From: a virus
Taxonomy: Duplodnaviria > Caudoviricetes
Virus record (IMG/VR): IMGVR_UViG_2236876025_000005
Span: 1,662-65,661 of that record
Strand: one strand, 5' to 3'
DNA length: 64,000 nucleotides
Within the stretch, counting starts at the first letter, position 1, and the number at the start of each line of letters is the position of its first letter. The translations under genes and the position numbers were made by a program. A model generated the notes under the pieces. The model was not told where the DNA came from, ran no database searches, and was given only the letters and a program-made list of their open reading frames with translations. Below are positions 8,849-17,868 of this stretch, one piece after another.

Positions 8849-9345
8849 TACTTACCGTATTTGAGTTGTCGGCTCTTCAGTTCCTGAGCGAAAGTGACGC
8901 CTGACACGCGCTCGCCCTTGCGCTTTGACAGTTCTGCGGCGAACGCCGACTTACCCAAGCCGTGACCCTTGCGCTTTACGAGTTCGCCGCGCAGTGCGGC
9001 TAACGCGTTAACGTTTCTTTGGGGTTGCTCTTTCTTTTCAGGTTTCTCTGCCTCAGGCTCTTTAACCTCTTCAGGTGTCTCGACATTTTCAGGCTCTTTA
9101 ACCTCTTCAGATGTCTCGACAGGCTCTACTGCCTCAACAGGCTCTACTGCCTCGTTGTCTTTCTCGACAACAGGCTCGTTTTTTTTCTTTCCCATAGTCT
9201 CATCGTTTTCGTTTTTGTTCAATAATAACGCCTTCATAGCGAAAAAAGGCATTTTGGGGTCGTACTCGATACCCTCTTTTGTCAGCAACTCGGCGAGTTC
9301 CGCCTTTGTGACGTTGCGTAAGTCTTTTGCTGTGTACTGTGCCAT
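8848..9345 (-). CDS. hypothetical protein with E/P/K-rich repeats
   Basis: 165 aa, TAATG-coupled to portal; repeats EAVEPV and PEEVKEPE. Confidence 0.7.
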   Translation of the reverse strand: MAQYTAKDLRNVTKAELAELLTKEGIEYDPKMPFFAMKALLLNKNENDETMGKKKNEPVVEKDNEAVEPVEAVEPVETSEEVKEPENVETPEEVKEPEAEKPEKKEQPQRNVNALAALRGELVKRKGHGLGKSAFAAELSKRKGERVSGVTFAQELKSRQLKYGK

Positions 9346-9373
9346 GTTGTTTATGTTTTAATAAATAATATCG

Positions 9374-9381
9374 CAAATATA
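9374..9381 (-). promoter_or_regulatory. Bacteroidota -7 promoter box
   Basis: CAAATATA upstream of 9345. Confidence 0.65.
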
Positions 9382-9384
9382 TAC

Positions 9385-9419
9385 AAAAAAAACGAGACGT
9401 TGTATATGCGTCCCGTTTT
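9385..9419 (-). terminator. intrinsic terminator
   Basis: Minus strand: AAAACGGGACG-loop-CGTCTCGTTTTTTTT. Confidence 0.7.
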
Positions 9420-9440
9420 GTTTTGGAGTTTTAAACAAAC

Positions 9441-9956
9441 CTACTCGTTGTATATAAATTTGTTCATTAAATCAATAAGGTTGTCCCGTGTGATAGTGTA
9501 CGGAATAACTTTTAACCTCTCAAAAAATCTTATCATCCGTTCACGGTTGTTTTCAATAATAGTCTCAATATCAAAATCCCTCACGTCATAACCCTCGTCC
9601 TCAATCGCTTTTTCAAACCATACGTGTTTCTTTTTATAACTATATTCCTCGTAACGTTTACCCATACGAACCTCAATAAAATCAGTGTTGAACGCCTTGC
9701 GCTTTTTGGTTTGTGATTTGTTGTCATCTTTCAACTCTACGTCAAGTAATATGTCGTATATTTTTGTTACACATTCCGAACCCCAATGCTTTTGTAACTC
9801 AATATTGTCAAACAAACATATTTTTGCAAGATTCTCGAATATCTCACCCCAATTATTGAAACACAACGTAAGATACTTGTTGCGGTGAATCGCCATATCA
9901 TTTATCCGTTTCGTATCAATTACGGCTTGTAACTTTTTAAAATTCAAATTTTTCAT
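9441..9956 (-). CDS. AT-rich hypothetical protein (moron-like)
   Basis: 171 aa, own promoter at 9983 and terminator at 9385, visibly lower GC than its neighbours. Confidence 0.65.
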   Translation of the reverse strand: MKNLNFKKLQAVIDTKRINDMAIHRNKYLTLCFNNWGEIFENLAKICLFDNIELQKHWGSECVTKIYDILLDVELKDDNKSQTKKRKAFNTDFIEVRMGKRYEEYSYKKKHVWFEKAIEDEGYDVRDFDIETIIENNRERMIRFFERLKVIPYTITRDNLIDLMNKFIYNE

Positions 9957-9982
9957 ATACGTATCGTTTTAAATTGTTGGTG

Positions 9983-10007
9983 CAAATGTAATAATATTTT
10001 TATTACA
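9983..10007 (-). promoter_or_regulatory. -7 promoter box with overlapping 21-bp palindromic operator
   Basis: CAAATGTA plus TGTAATAA-TATTT-TTATTACA (perfect 8-bp arms). Confidence 0.7.
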
Positions 10008-10021
10008 TACACCTAAAAAAT

Positions 10022-11773
10022 CTACTGATACGCCAATTCCCTCAAAACCCGTTCGATTGTTTTTCCGCCTATCAGGTTCACCTTGTTAGACCCCTCGTAC
10101 AAGTCGGCTATCGAGCCGCCCGTCTTTCCGTACGTGTCGGACAGGAAAAACGCGCCGACGTTCGACTGTAACACGTCATCGGACGAGTTCTTAGCCTTGA
10201 CGACCCTGTGACGCTTGTAGTCGTGTACCGCCTCCTGAACCTCTTGTTCCAACAACGGGTCGGCGGTCTGCCTGATTCTACCCTCGACGAGACCGCGTTG
10301 CCAATGCAGATACGGTCGGTCGGTGCTGTCGAGCGATATTCGTATGTTTTCAAGACCCAATATGTCGAGTATTTCCTGACGCAACGATTCCGACTGATAT
10401 TGGTCGGACGCGAACGACACAAGGTTCACCAACTGCGATATGTCAACTATGAACTGTTGAACCTTGCTGATTTTCGTAGCGGCAGGATAGTGCGGCGGAA
10501 TGATTTTGAGACAGAACACCCGTGTATGCACGTCGAGGTTCTTTTCGTTGCGCCCGTCGTACCTGAAACAGGTGACACAGCCTCGGTCGCCTGCGGTTGA
10601 CAGGTCGAGGTAAATGCTGTGCGGTCGCTCGGGGAACTTCAGGTTTCTCTGTATGATATACTCGATAATCTGAGTGTCGTCCTCTGTTGACGCCTCGATA
10701 CTGTCCGTCGTGAACAGGGGGTCTTCGTTGGTCTCCGTGTAACTCTCGTACAGATACCTCAGGTTCGACATAAAAGACCCCTGAACCATCGTCGGGACGC
10801 CGCAATGGTTCTGAAGGGCTAACGCTATGTTAGCCTTGAAATTCTTTAACAGGTTGACGGGTACGAACCGTATGAACTTGTCCTCTTCGCCTGTTCCGAG
10901 AACACCGATAGCCTCAAACAGACGGGTGCGCTGTTCGTCCGATTCTATGATACAGGGTTCGGCTGAGCCTGAGCCTATGAACACCTCGAACTTCTCTGTC
11001 GCGTAACGCTCAGGCTTGACCTCGTAGCTGACGGACGTTATGCAGGTAGTCCAACGGTCGTCTTTGACAGCCTGTTTCCGTTTCTCGACAAAACTCGACT
11101 GATAGGACGCCGACGAAATAAGAATCGCGAGGGCGTTGACAGAACCGTCGGGGTTGCTGAAACGTGACACCAACCTGTCCATCAACTGATTGTAAAGCAA
11201 CGTGACTTCCTGATATTCCTCAGCCATACCCGTACCGACGCCGCCCGAGCGGAAATTCGCCTCGTCGAGAATGAACCCCCAAATGGACAGACCGATTTGG
11301 TGCGATTCCGTTGACGCGAAATCTATGTGAAACTTGTTCGGGAAACTGATACTTGACTTCAGACCCTTGTCAATCGGGAAATTCTCGTTGAACCACGCGC
11401 ACTCGTCGAATATGTTTCTCAGTTGCAAGAAACCTGACTTTTTCGCCATTTCAAGGCTGACGGAGAAATACAGACAGTATATTTCCGTATTCAGGGCGAG
11501 GTGCAATTGAGCCTGAGGCGAACCCTGAGCGAACAGGCGGTAAACGCGGTACGCAAAATAGTAGTTACTGAATGTGGTCTTACCGCCGCCGATTGAACCG
11601 TCGAGGATTATTTCGGACGTCAGGGGGTCTATCGTCATACCCTTGTTTATCCAATAGTCGTACAGGTCGCTGTTGTTGCAAAAGTTCGGGGACTTGACAA
11701 ATTCCTCGAAAGACACGAGGTTCACGTTGTTCAGAACCTCGTCGAGTATGTCAATTATGTTTTCCTTTTCCAT
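10022..11773 (-). CDS. terL: terminase large subunit
   Basis: Walker A LDGSIGGGKTT, Walker B FILDEANF, coupling motif LISSA, RNase H-like domain IYLDLS...SSDDVLQS; start MEKEN at 11773. Confidence 0.88.
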   Translation of the reverse strand: MEKENIIDILDEVLNNVNLVSFEEFVKSPNFCNNSDLYDYWINKGMTIDPLTSEIILDGSIGGGKTTFSNYYFAYRVYRLFAQGSPQAQLHLALNTEIYCLYFSVSLEMAKKSGFLQLRNIFDECAWFNENFPIDKGLKSSISFPNKFHIDFASTESHQIGLSIWGFILDEANFRSGGVGTGMAEEYQEVTLLYNQLMDRLVSRFSNPDGSVNALAILISSASYQSSFVEKRKQAVKDDRWTTCITSVSYEVKPERYATEKFEVFIGSGSAEPCIIESDEQRTRLFEAIGVLGTGEEDKFIRFVPVNLLKNFKANIALALQNHCGVPTMVQGSFMSNLRYLYESYTETNEDPLFTTDSIEASTEDDTQIIEYIIQRNLKFPERPHSIYLDLSTAGDRGCVTCFRYDGRNEKNLDVHTRVFCLKIIPPHYPAATKISKVQQFIVDISQLVNLVSFASDQYQSESLRQEILDILGLENIRISLDSTDRPYLHWQRGLVEGRIRQTADPLLEQEVQEAVHDYKRHRVVKAKNSSDDVLQSNVGAFFLSDTYGKTGGSIADLYEGSNKVNLIGGKTIERVLRELAYQ

Positions 11774-11794
11774 TCGTTGTTGTCTTTGTTTCCG

Positions 11795-11802
11795 CAAAGA
11801 TA
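11795..11802 (-). promoter_or_regulatory. Bacteroidota -7 promoter box (terminase)
   Basis: CAAAGATA. Confidence 0.65.
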
Positions 11803-11806
11803 ATAA

Positions 11807-11982
11807 AACGCAGGGAACGGTACAAGTCTGTGTTGTCCGTCCCCCGAATCGCCTTTCAACTGTGAATGCGAACACAAACGGGGCTTTGACAACCCCGTCG
11901 GCTCGGTTTCCCGATTGTACCTTTTAACGTGCAGTACAGAGGGCGTACCCCCTGAGTGCGCGGCGCACCTTAACGACGCGTT
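11807..11982 (-). ncRNA. candidate structured ncRNA, family unknown
   Basis: Own promoter at 11984; nested stems; UACG and GAAA tetraloops. Confidence 0.45.
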
Positions 11983-11983
11983 G

Positions 11984-11991
11984 CAAAGATA
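11984..11991 (-). promoter_or_regulatory. Bacteroidota -7 promoter box
   Basis: CAAAGATA with no ORF downstream for about 200 nt. Confidence 0.6.
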
Positions 11992-11993
11992 AT

Positions 11994-12022
11994 AAAAAAA
12001 CGACACCCGTATTCCGATGTCG
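11994..12022 (-). terminator. intrinsic terminator
   Basis: Minus strand: CGACATC-GGAATACG-GGTGTCG-T7. Confidence 0.75.
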
Positions 12023-12210
12023 TCCTTCCGCCCTACGTTGCGGCACGCGCTACGCCGTGTTGCCAATAACTACTTGCAATTAACGGGTTCTGCACCTTGC
12101 GGTGGTCGTGTGTTACGATTCGCACGTCTGCGACCTGTATCGTTAAAACGGGACGCCTGTTGTGACGCCCCGTCTCTCTCTTGCGATGGATTTATGAAAA
12201 ATTGAAATTG

Positions 12211-13965
12211 TTATTCAACATAATCATAAAGTTCGACATCAACGTCAAACCCTAAACTTTCAACCCATTCCTCAACAGAACTTTTAATGGTATTCCAAGA
12301 ACTACCATAAACAATTCCCCAAACAGCAACCGATTCACCCTCACCTACTCTGTCCATCCATTCAAAATCTTGCGATTCACACCATTCGCCACCTTGTGAA
12401 AACTGTTTGTACTCAATAGCGTTTTTAATTTCGTTGGCGTATTTGCGCCCCTCGGCGTTAGACATAGATTCACCACCAATAACAGAAACAACAACCTCGG
12501 CGACTTCCTCGTTATCCTCACTGTCTTTCACGCGACGAGCGGAATCTTTCATACGCTCGAAATACAGACCGTTGCGCCCACTCAGTTCTCTCTCTGATAC
12601 CGATACGCCTCGTCCTGAAAAGTGTTTTTTAAATCTGTCTCTGTTGTTTCTAAAAAACTCGCCGTTTTCGGGATTCGATTGGTCGTAAGGGTAAAACACG
12701 TCCGCGTAAGCGTCAATACCCTTTTGAATTTCACCTGTCACGTCGTCAAATCTGTCGTCTTTCACGCGGCGAGCGGAATCACCTATTTGGTCATCAGGAT
12801 ACTCTTCAATAGTCAAATCGTCGATAGCACTACTTACCTTTGCCAAACAACCCTCAACAGTGTGGTCTTTTACATAACCCCAAGGCGCACCCTGTGTTGC
12901 TGATAAATAATCAAACATATTTTGGTTATACTCGTCAAAGAATTTTACATTCACCTCAATAGGAGCGTTCTCGTTAAGAACCCTGTTGATATTGTAAACA
13001 TAGAAAAATATTTCAAAGGCAGAACCGTCGGCTGTCTCAAACGGTATGCTTACACTGAAATCGTCACCGTTCTCGCCGCCGTCAACAAAGGTTGTTATGT
13101 CGTCACCGTCATAACCGTAATAGAAATCAGTATAACTCAACATTTCCAACGTTCTGTCCTTACATTCCTGAATCATAGAAACACATTCGTTTCTAATGTC
13201 GTCAGACACGTTACTGTCCTTCACGCGACGGCTGTCAGCAACCTCGTCTTCGTCGCTTTCCTCGTAGAACTCGGCAGGCTTGTCAGTCGGTTCGCCGTCA
13301 AAGTTCTCGCCGCGCAGGACGTGAACGCCGCCACCTTGCGCAGTCGCGTCAACATAATAGTCACCGCACCAATCAATATAGTCGTAAACGTCGTCAAACT
13401 CCTTGTAATCAACACTTTTCATTTCTTCTTCGATATTAGGATTATCAAAGAAATAATCCTCAACAAAATAAGTATTATCACCATTCTTGTCCAAAGCGGC
13501 AACTAAACTTTCAAGCGTCACCTCTGACCATTCTCTCGGCGCGTAACACAGAACTCTGTCAAGTCCATAACCGCTACCGCTCCAAAGAACAAATTTCCAC
13601 AGTGTATCGTTTTCTGCATCAGGTTCGTTTAATGGCTTACAGCCCATAAACCACTCGTCAGGCAAACCCTGATTGTCTCTTATTCGTCTCATAGTATTAT
13701 GTTTTTTATTAGAATCCGATACCAATTGAAAGTTTCTCATTTCACCTTTCGTCAGGGCGATTTTGTTATAACTCTTGTAACCGCCGCCCGTCTCATAGTC
13801 GTCGTCAGCCTCAAAGAAACGTGTTGGTTTGTCAGTTTGTATTAAAACAGTAGAACCGTATTCGTCCTCACTAACTCTTGTGACAGTGCCACGCACCTTG
13901 ACACCATCGACAGTACCCTCGACTTTCTTTCCAATCAAAGATTCGCCTATTTGTGATAAATCCAT
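12211..13965 (-). CDS. modular polyprotein A (5 modules, 4 linkers)
   Basis: Linkers VSDS..MRRIRD, VADSRRVKD, IGDSARRVKD, MKDSARRVKD. Confidence 0.8.
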   Translation of the reverse strand: MDLSQIGESLIGKKVEGTVDGVKVRGTVTRVSEDEYGSTVLIQTDKPTRFFEADDDYETGGGYKSYNKIALTKGEMRNFQLVSDSNKKHNTMRRIRDNQGLPDEWFMGCKPLNEPDAENDTLWKFVLWSGSGYGLDRVLCYAPREWSEVTLESLVAALDKNGDNTYFVEDYFFDNPNIEEEMKSVDYKEFDDVYDYIDWCGDYYVDATAQGGGVHVLRGENFDGEPTDKPAEFYEESDEDEVADSRRVKDSNVSDDIRNECVSMIQECKDRTLEMLSYTDFYYGYDGDDITTFVDGGENGDDFSVSIPFETADGSAFEIFFYVYNINRVLNENAPIEVNVKFFDEYNQNMFDYLSATQGAPWGYVKDHTVEGCLAKVSSAIDDLTIEEYPDDQIGDSARRVKDDRFDDVTGEIQKGIDAYADVFYPYDQSNPENGEFFRNNRDRFKKHFSGRGVSVSERELSGRNGLYFERMKDSARRVKDSEDNEEVAEVVVSVIGGESMSNAEGRKYANEIKNAIEYKQFSQGGEWCESQDFEWMDRVGEGESVAVWGIVYGSSWNTIKSSVEEWVESLGFDVDVELYDYVE

Positions 13966-13984
13966 AGTTTTATATTTTTAAAAT

Positions 13985-14347
13985 TCAATCACAAATATAG
14001 ACAATATCTTTCAGGTTTGAAATTAAATTCTCAATAAATTCATTCTCACCTATGTCGTCACCTAACAATAGGTCAACCTGTTTCAGATACGTTTGGGTTA
14101 TCACGACACTACGTAACGCGTCCTTCAACTTGTCGATTGTTTCCTCGGAATAATCGTTGTAATTGAACGGGGCAATGTTGTAATCGGTTTCGTTCACGAA
14201 CACATCGTCCTTACCTGTATGGTCGCGATTCCAACAACGTTTATCCCACGCGCCCAATTTGTCAAACGGAATCGGTTTCCTGTTGTTGTCGATGACCGAT
14301 TGTATTCGTTCGATTTGTTCGGTCAAATCCCTTATCAGTTCGTTCAT
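13985..14347 (-). CDS. hypothetical protein
   Basis: 120 aa, ATGA-coupled to RNase H. Confidence 0.7.
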   Translation of the reverse strand: MNELIRDLTEQIERIQSVIDNNRKPIPFDKLGAWDKRCWNRDHTGKDDVFVNETDYNIAPFNYNDYSEETIDKLKDALRSVVITQTYLKQVDLLLGDDIGENEFIENLISNLKDIVYICD

Positions 14348-14775
14348 TTTTTATATTTTTTAAATTCTTCGTTCAAATCCGTTCCTGCGGCGGTGTTGCA
14401 CATTTCGTCGCATATTTCATTGTATCGGTCGCCGTTGTGTCCCTTGACCCACCTGTACTCGATTCTCGGCTGTTTCTGTGACAGCACCCTGTCCCAAACC
14501 TCGAACAGGTCTTGGTTCTTGTTCCGCGCCCATTCACCGCTCAACGTGTTCAGGGCATACTTGGAATCGGATATGACCGTCACGTCAGCATTCTGTTCGG
14601 GCAGATGGTAAACGGCTGTTATTATCGCTTTCAGTTCGGCACGGTTGTTCGTCTCGTTCTCGATTTTCCACGCGCCTTTCCTGACCGTGTTACCGTTCCC
14701 GTCCAACATCACGTACGCGAACGCCCCGACGTTCCGTTTGTTGGAATAACCGCCGTCTGTGTATATCGTGTACAT
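14344..14775 (-). CDS. rnhA: ribonuclease HI
   Basis: IYTDG, TNNRAEL, ISDSKY, WVKGH, NEICD; all four acidic catalytic residues present. Confidence 0.93.
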   Translation of the reverse strand: MYTIYTDGGYSNKRNVGAFAYVMLDGNGNTVRKGAWKIENETNNRAELKAIITAVYHLPEQNADVTVISDSKYALNTLSGEWARNKNQDLFEVWDRVLSQKQPRIEYRWVKGHNGDRYNEICDEMCNTAAGTDLNEEFKKYKK

Positions 14776-14779
14776 ACGT

Positions 14780-15064
14780 TCAGTTTTTAGGCGTGAACTT
14801 TATTGTTGCGCCACGTTTCGCCTCGTCGGTCAGGACGGTGCAGAACGTCTCTGTCAGGGACACGATGTCCGCGTCGGCGTTTCCTGCCTGACGTGACATT
14901 TCCGTCGCCATAGCGAGGACGTTCAGGGTTGAATGCAATACGACGGGAAACCAATTCACACCGCTGTTTTCAAGTTTGGCGAATATTGTTTCCGTCAGGT
15001 CGTTGATTTGACTGTTGACGAGTTTCAGTTCCTCGTCCGACATCTTTTTAAAAACTGTCTTCAT
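14780..15064 (-). CDS. hypothetical protein
   Basis: 94-aa ORF after the promoter at 15094. Confidence 0.7.
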   Translation of the reverse strand: MKTVFKKMSDEELKLVNSQINDLTETIFAKLENSGVNWFPVVLHSTLNVLAMATEMSRQAGNADADIVSLTETFCTVLTDEAKRGATIKFTPKN

Positions 15065-15093
15065 CGTTGTTACTGTTTTATTCGTTCAGGGGA

Positions 15094-15118
15094 CAAATAT
15101 AATAATCTTTTTATTACA
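15094..15118 (-). promoter_or_regulatory. -7 promoter box with palindromic operator
   Basis: CAAATATA plus TATAATAA-TCTTT-TTATTACA. Confidence 0.65.
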
Positions 15119-15125
15119 GACAAAC

Positions 15126-15162
15126 AAAAAAATACAGGGAACATTTTACCGTCCCCTGTATT
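15126..15162 (-). terminator. intrinsic terminator
   Basis: TACAGGG/CCCTGTA stem with T7 on -. Confidence 0.7.
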
Positions 15163-15218
15163 CACTAACTGACATTAAATCAAAATGTATGCAATGTTTA
15201 CAAAAACGTGTTACCGTA

Positions 15219-17543
15219 TCAATTTTCCCAAATTGGACGACCGTTTATATAAATTTTCCATACCAACCCTTTTACCGTAATAAAACCGTCGGTATAGTTG
15301 TCAACATCAAACTCATCAACAACAAAATCGCCCTTGTCAAACTTGTTTACAATTTCAACGTGATACCTGTCCTCGCCGTATTTGTTTTTACCAATCGTTG
15401 TAAAATAAGCAACCGTTCCGTATTCGTCCTTTATCCGACGTGAATCCGCAACGTCCTGTTTCTCGTTCTCAGGCTCGTTTTCGGTTTCCTCGTTTTTGTT
15501 GCGGCGTTTCGCACGGACACGCTCGGCGTACGCTTTCCAACGTATCGGTTTCGTCATATCGTTGACACGGCTGTCGGAAACCGAGTGCGCTTTTTCGTAT
15601 TCGTCATAAGCCTGATATGCCTGTTTGAGCATTTTTTCCAAATTGACTTCCTGTCTCATTTTTTCAAAACTCTCATCAACCTCTTTATCACGCTGTCTTT
15701 TCCCCTTACGCAAATAAGACTGACGCTGTGCGCACCATTTTTTAAACTCATCCAAAGTGCTTATGCCTTTTTTAGCAAGCCAACCCCTTGCAATATCCGC
15801 CGATATATTCAAATAATGCTCGGCTTGCAAAGCCGCCATTTCCCTGTCGCTGTAACCTTTTAGGATTTCGTCCATACCTTGTAATAACGTTTTTTCGTCC
15901 GTTGCAGGCTGTATTCCGAAATACTCATAAAAACTTTCGTTGTCCTCCCATTCGTCCTTGATTTTCCGAGAATCACTGACCGCCTCTTTCATTTCGTCGC
16001 TCGCCTCAAATTCGAGGTCGGCTACGTTCTTAGCGATACCCCACTCTTTGAGCAACGCCTTGACGAAAGCGTTGGCGTCGGCTGTCGCGGCGCACAGGTC
16101 AATCATGGCGACACCGTCCTGACTGTCTGTCTCGTAGGTCTCATACTGAACACCGTCGATTTTACCCGATTCGTTCTTATGTTTGTTAACCTCGGCAATC
16201 ATTTCGTCTTCTGTACCATCCTCGAAAGCGACAAACAGAACACCGTCGAGAACATCGGGGGTGTTTTCGTCTTTGATTTTACGTGAATCGGAAATGTCGT
16301 ACATATAAACCTCTGTAATTGATTGAAACTCCATTTCGTCATCACCAACAACGCTTTTACAAACAACAGTGCCATCAAGGACATTGTGTTTCATAACCAC
16401 CCAATCTCTATCTTGTAAATTAAAATATCGCCCTATTGGTATTGTACCTAAATAAGCCTTTCGCATTTTTGCGTCCTTGATTTTACGGGAATCGGAAACG
16501 GTATTCAAAGATTTTAGTTCGTTTACAGCGAGCCTGTGCGCTCTTTCAAGGGCTTTGATATACAGTTGAACAATATAATTGTTATCGTTGAAATAACGGT
16601 CAACCCTTGAAAGTGCGTTACCAACCCTGAATTTAATATCCTCACAACATTCCTCGACAGCGGCGTTGTCGTGTGTGTCGAATTTGGCAACAACAAGGTC
16701 GCTCAGGTCTTCTAATATAAAACCATTCCATTTCACCAACTCGTCAATAATATCGAACGCCGCGTTAGAATTAAACGAGGGGTCGTTTTCTCTAAACCCC
16801 TTGAAATGATACGGGGTCAACGGACAACGTTCAGCACTCGCCCACGAACTAAAATCCTCAATCAAACCTTTTTGAGACGAATCGTCGTCCTTAACACGAC
16901 GTGAATCGGAAACCTGCCTGTCTGTGACACTTACAATATCCTCAATAATACCATTATTGCACGATAATTCTATTTTTATTTCAGGTGACATAATCAATAA
17001 ATTACCATTTTCTCTTGTAAACCCAAACTTGCTGTTGATAAAAACATCGTTCAGGTTTTCTCGTAAGTCCTCAATATTTTTCCCTATATAATTTTCTACA
17101 AATCTATAAACGGATTTAGAATTGGGTTTATCGTAAATAATACGGGAATTTTTTTGATAGTCAGGCGATTCAATTACGTCAATATCATATCCGTCACGAA
17201 CCCGTCTCTTTGAATCGAGAATCTGTTTGTTGTGAACCCTGATGTTCTTACCCCAAGCGGCTTTCGTTTGGTTCGCCAATTTGATAACGTCGCGTTCCAA
17301 CGATTCCAAAGACACTTTCGGATTCTTTTCAAGGAACGTTTCAGCGTCCATTGTCGATTTAGAACCTGTATTCCAACTCTGTGTCCCCCACAGCGAATTA
17401 CGCTGAATCGAGAACGTGTTATGGTTCGGGGTGCTGAATACGGCGCACTCGTTACCGTTCCTGTCCAACTTTGTACCGTGAAAGCGCAGGTTCGAGTTCT
17501 CACACTGTACGTACTCACTGTTACTGTCTTTTACTCGTTTCAT
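15219..17543 (-). CDS. modular polyprotein B (8 modules, 7 internal linkers plus N-terminal MKRVKD)
   Basis: ILDSKRRVRD, VSDSRRVKD, VSDSRKIKD, ISDSRKIKD, VSDSRKIKD, VSDSRVND, VADSRRIKD. Confidence 0.85.
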   Translation of the reverse strand: MKRVKDSNSEYVQCENSNLRFHGTKLDRNGNECAVFSTPNHNTFSIQRNSLWGTQSWNTGSKSTMDAETFLEKNPKVSLESLERDVIKLANQTKAAWGKNIRVHNKQILDSKRRVRDGYDIDVIESPDYQKNSRIIYDKPNSKSVYRFVENYIGKNIEDLRENLNDVFINSKFGFTRENGNLLIMSPEIKIELSCNNGIIEDIVSVTDRQVSDSRRVKDDDSSQKGLIEDFSSWASAERCPLTPYHFKGFRENDPSFNSNAAFDIIDELVKWNGFILEDLSDLVVAKFDTHDNAAVEECCEDIKFRVGNALSRVDRYFNDNNYIVQLYIKALERAHRLAVNELKSLNTVSDSRKIKDAKMRKAYLGTIPIGRYFNLQDRDWVVMKHNVLDGTVVCKSVVGDDEMEFQSITEVYMYDISDSRKIKDENTPDVLDGVLFVAFEDGTEDEMIAEVNKHKNESGKIDGVQYETYETDSQDGVAMIDLCAATADANAFVKALLKEWGIAKNVADLEFEASDEMKEAVSDSRKIKDEWEDNESFYEYFGIQPATDEKTLLQGMDEILKGYSDREMAALQAEHYLNISADIARGWLAKKGISTLDEFKKWCAQRQSYLRKGKRQRDKEVDESFEKMRQEVNLEKMLKQAYQAYDEYEKAHSVSDSRVNDMTKPIRWKAYAERVRAKRRNKNEETENEPENEKQDVADSRRIKDEYGTVAYFTTIGKNKYGEDRYHVEIVNKFDKGDFVVDEFDVDNYTDGFITVKGLVWKIYINGRPIWEN

Positions 17544-17558
17544 ATTCTTGTTGTTTTA

Positions 17559-17867
17559 TTAATACAAATCGTGTAACCAACCCTGCTCTTGAAAATACAG
17601 GCACATATTTTCAAACTCGTCGTCGTTTTGAAACAACCATTGTCCCATTAAATAAATGTCAATATTGTCCCACATATCAAGTGTCTGACCGAATTGTTTT
17701 TCGTACAAATCGGTATAAACAGTCTCGACGTATGTTTGAAAATCGTCAAAACCCCCGTCAAAACTGTTTATCAAATCTTGCAACCGTTTTTCGGCTTTGC
17801 GTGACACGAAACCGTGCGACAGTTTAACAAGGGTGTCAAAATTGTTCACACTAACCGCGTAATTCAT
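17559..17867 (-). CDS. hypothetical acidic/aromatic protein
   Basis: 102-aa ORF between polyproteins. Confidence 0.7.
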   Translation of the reverse strand: MNYAVSVNNFDTLVKLSHGFVSRKAEKRLQDLINSFDGGFDDFQTYVETVYTDLYEKQFGQTLDMWDNIDIYLMGQWLFQNDDEFENMCLYFQEQGWLHDLY

Positions 17868-17868
17868 A

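Noticed and set aside
11774-11875. N-terminal extension of terminase (and similar extensions at 5424-5532, 44321-44378, 45104-45341, 47719-47770, 55101-55152)
   Set aside because: The extensions run through promoter boxes, terminators or upstream genes; the downstream ATGs fit promoter spacing or stop-start coupling.
11811-11970. Cobalamin-riboswitch or twister-sister-like fragments (AGGGAA/CAACTGTGA; GGTACAAGTC)
   Set aside because: The conserved elements are not in the right order or spacing, and some lie on the strand opposite the promoter. The region is kept only as an unassigned ncRNA candidate.
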